Under the pieces are notes generated by a model that saw nothing but the letters and a program-made list of their open reading frames with translations, did no database searches and was not told the origin of the DNA. From a virus (taxonomy: Duplodnaviria > Caudoviricetes): DNA of 51,471 nucleotides. The stretch spans positions 1 through 51,471 of IMG/VR virus record IMGVR_UViG_3300037047_000144, one strand, 5' to 3'. Position 1 is the first letter of the stretch; each line of letters starts with the position of its first letter. The position numbers and the translations under genes were made by a program. Of this stretch, positions 49,566 through 51,471 are shown in pieces.

Positions 49566-50822
49566 TTACGGCAGCTCCCGAGAAGATGACCGCAGGAGAA
49601 GTTTGTGACGCAGGTTTGTGATCGCGACGGGCGGATGAGCGCACAAGCAGGGCATTGACGAGTTCGCCAACGCCAGCGCCACCACGCAGTCATCATGGAA
49701 CCCTGACGGCGCGTCATAGCTGATGCGGCCGCCGGGGTGGATCTCGTACTCGTACCGCTTCAACTCGTCCGTCAGGACCGTCCACCCGCGCGGCCAGCGG
49801 ACCTGGCCCTGCTCCAGGGCGACGGCGAGCTTCTGGATCAGCGGCGGCTTGCTCGCCGCCGTAAACCGGAACGGCTCGATGTGCGGGTAGCGCCGCACGA
49901 GGTCGTCATAGATCGGATCCCCGGCCCCCGTCGCATCGATCACGAGCTTCCCCGGCCACTTCCGCATGAAAGCGATGATCCGGTCCTTCTGGATCGGCCA
50001 GTCGAGGTGGTTGAACCGGTCCATCGCCAGGCACCGGCCAGTCTTCCGGTCCATCGCGATCAGGACCGTCCAGTCCGTGTGCTTCGCAATGTCGCACCCG
50101 ATCCCGATCATCGGCCGCGCCGGCATCGGCGCGTCGTCCGGCAGCAGGCACGCCTCGATCCCCCGGAACGCCCCGGCCGAGTCCTCGAGGAACTCCGCCA
50201 TGTACTCCTGTTTGAACACGTTTTCCGGCAGGCTCGTCCGCGCCTCCTCCCACTCCCCCGGCGGCAGGTAGGGGCTCGTGTGCGATGGGAAGCTCCAACT
50301 CCTCCGCAGCGGGTCCTCGCCCCGCCCGCGGGTGTACTCGTCGAAGAACCAGTTCCGGCCGAGCGGCGTCGAGATGAACACGGCCCAGCCCTGCGAGTCC
50401 GAGAGCGTCGGCCGGATGTACCGGGTCCAGACCTCATGCGGGATCCGCGCGGCCTCGTCCAGGATCAGGCCCTTGAATCCGAACCCGAGGATCGAGTCCG
50501 GGTTGTCCGCCGTCAGGAACCACAACCGCACCGGTCCGTTCAGCCCGCGCAGCGCGGCCTGCGTGGGGCTCCGGCCGGAGAACGTCAGGAGGTCGGGGGC
50601 GATGGTCTTGCAGGCGTCGACGCCGCGCTCGGCGATGAGGTATGTGGGCGCGATCCAGCCGTAATCGCCGGGGGCCTCGTGTCCGGCCCGGTCGATGAGT
50701 TCGGCGGCGGCAAAGCGGGTCTTGCCCCACCTTCGTCCGGCGCAGACGACGCGGAATCGACGTCGATCGTCATGGATGGATTGCTGTCCGGGGTGCGGTC
50801 GGTACTGCAGAGCGATTTCCAT
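49566..50822 (-). CDS. Large terminase (Terminase_6/T4-like), outer element
   Basis: PHPGQ, AGRRWGKT, LILDEAA, ISTPLG, GCDIAKHTD, HDDCVVALALA. Confidence 0.93.
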   Translation of the reverse strand: MEIALQYRPHPGQQSIHDDRRRFRVVCAGRRWGKTRFAAAELIDRAGHEAPGDYGWIAPTYLIAERGVDACKTIAPDLLTFSGRSPTQAALRGLNGPVRLWFLTADNPDSILGFGFKGLILDEAARIPHEVWTRYIRPTLSDSQGWAVFISTPLGRNWFFDEYTRGRGEDPLRRSWSFPSHTSPYLPPGEWEEARTSLPENVFKQEYMAEFLEDSAGAFRGIEACLLPDDAPMPARPMIGIGCDIAKHTDWTVLIAMDRKTGRCLAMDRFNHLDWPIQKDRIIAFMRKWPGKLVIDATGAGDPIYDDLVRRYPHIEPFRFTAASKPPLIQKLAVALEQGQVRWPRGWTVLTDELKRYEYEIHPGGRISYDAPSGFHDDCVVALALANSSMPCLCAHPPVAITNLRHKLLLRSSSRELP

Positions 50823-51145
50823 ACGATGGTCATTCCTTCCTCGCCGAGTTCGAGCCGGGCTTCCTTCGGGAGCAGCGGCATCACCAGAGTCTTGAATGCG
50901 GCGACCGGCCGCTTGCAGATGTAGGCGCGAAGGGCGGTCCGCATCTTGGCCAAGGTGTCTTCCTCGGCAAGGATGTCGTCCAGGACCCGGAGAGCCTTGT
51001 GCCGGCCGTTGGAGAGAGAGTGAGGCTTCCCGCCGGGGTTCCCGCTCTGGCCGGGCTTCCACTTGTGGGCGACGAAGGCGGGATGGTCCGCCCCGGCCCA
51101 GTTCGCGGGCGGCGGATCGAGGTTCGGAAGTACGATTTCTGGCAT
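50585..51145 (-). CDS. Small terminase-like protein (DUF5681-type motif)
   Basis: WKPGQSGNPGGKP motif; directly upstream of and overlapping TerL. Confidence 0.75.
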   Translation of the reverse strand: MPEIVLPNLDPPPANWAGADHPAFVAHKWKPGQSGNPGGKPHSLSNGRHKALRVLDDILAEEDTLAKMRTALRAYICKRPVAAFKTLVMPLLPKEARLELGEEGMTIVWKSLCSTDRTPDSNPSMTIDVDSASSAPDEGGARPALPPPNSSTGPDTRPPAITAGSRPHTSSPSAASTPARPSPPTS

Positions 51146-51208
51146 CGCATGCGTCCTATTCGGTTTTGCCTCACCATACAGGCGGAGCACGGGCTTCCCG
51201 TCCCGATA

Positions 51209-51237
51209 GTCTCACGGCTTTTCGCGGGCGTAAGGGG
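51209..51237 (-). promoter_or_regulatory. Bipartite motif CCCCTT-N15-CGTGAGAC, copy upstream of TerS
   Basis: One of three copies with identical boxes and spacing. Confidence 0.75.
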
Positions 51238-51471
51238 CCAGGGCCGCCGGTCGTCGCCGGCCCGAGTCGTTCCGGGCGCGCCCGCCCCGCGCGGCGCGCC
51301 TCTGCGTGGCGCCTCCGTGTCGCCGCCGAGGAGAACCGATGCCGGGCGAGGGTCCTGGTGAGCCTGCGAACCGGGAGCCTGAAGACCGGCGGAGGCTTGG
51401 ACGAGTGGGCGACGGCGCCACGGGAGCCGGCCGATGAAGCGAGGGACACCGGAAACCGCGAAGCGGAGGCT

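Noticed and set aside
1-51471. tRNA, rRNA, integrase/att site, invertible segment
   Set aside because: None recognised by eye. The 1967-2046 structure lacks tRNA D/T-loop consensus. A covariance search would be needed to exclude small RNAs.

Overview
High-GC window made of two nested phage-derived elements. (1) A complete-looking 34.6 kb Mu-like transposable prophage at 932-35493. It has imperfect 26-bp terminal inverted repeats, internal transposase-binding repeats and an apparent 4-bp target duplication (GCGA). A leftward early arm carries Cro/Ner, MuA, MuB, Lar, Gam, a mini-PolX, a GemA-like gene and a Dam-type methylase. A central repressor switch is followed by a rightward late arm (GpA-type terminase, DUF935 portal, protease/scaffold, capsid, non-contractile tail). 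I see no endolysin. Instead a patatin / lipoprotein / caspase / zincin cassette sits between portal and protease, and several virion-module proteins carry signal peptides and are Thr-Asn rich. (2) The prophage has split the scaffold-like gene of an outer minus-strand phage-head module (TerS, TerL, DUF935 portal, protease fused to a long extension, thermonuclease-bearing protein, scaffold, cement/decoration gene running off the left edge). Its three segments each start with the same bipartite motif, CCCCTT-N15-CGTGAGAC. The segments are separated by a polymorphic-toxin-like gene pair and an HD-receiver / histidine kinase pair. Family assignments come from motif recognition by eye, not database searches. 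A PVC-superphylum host is my inference only.
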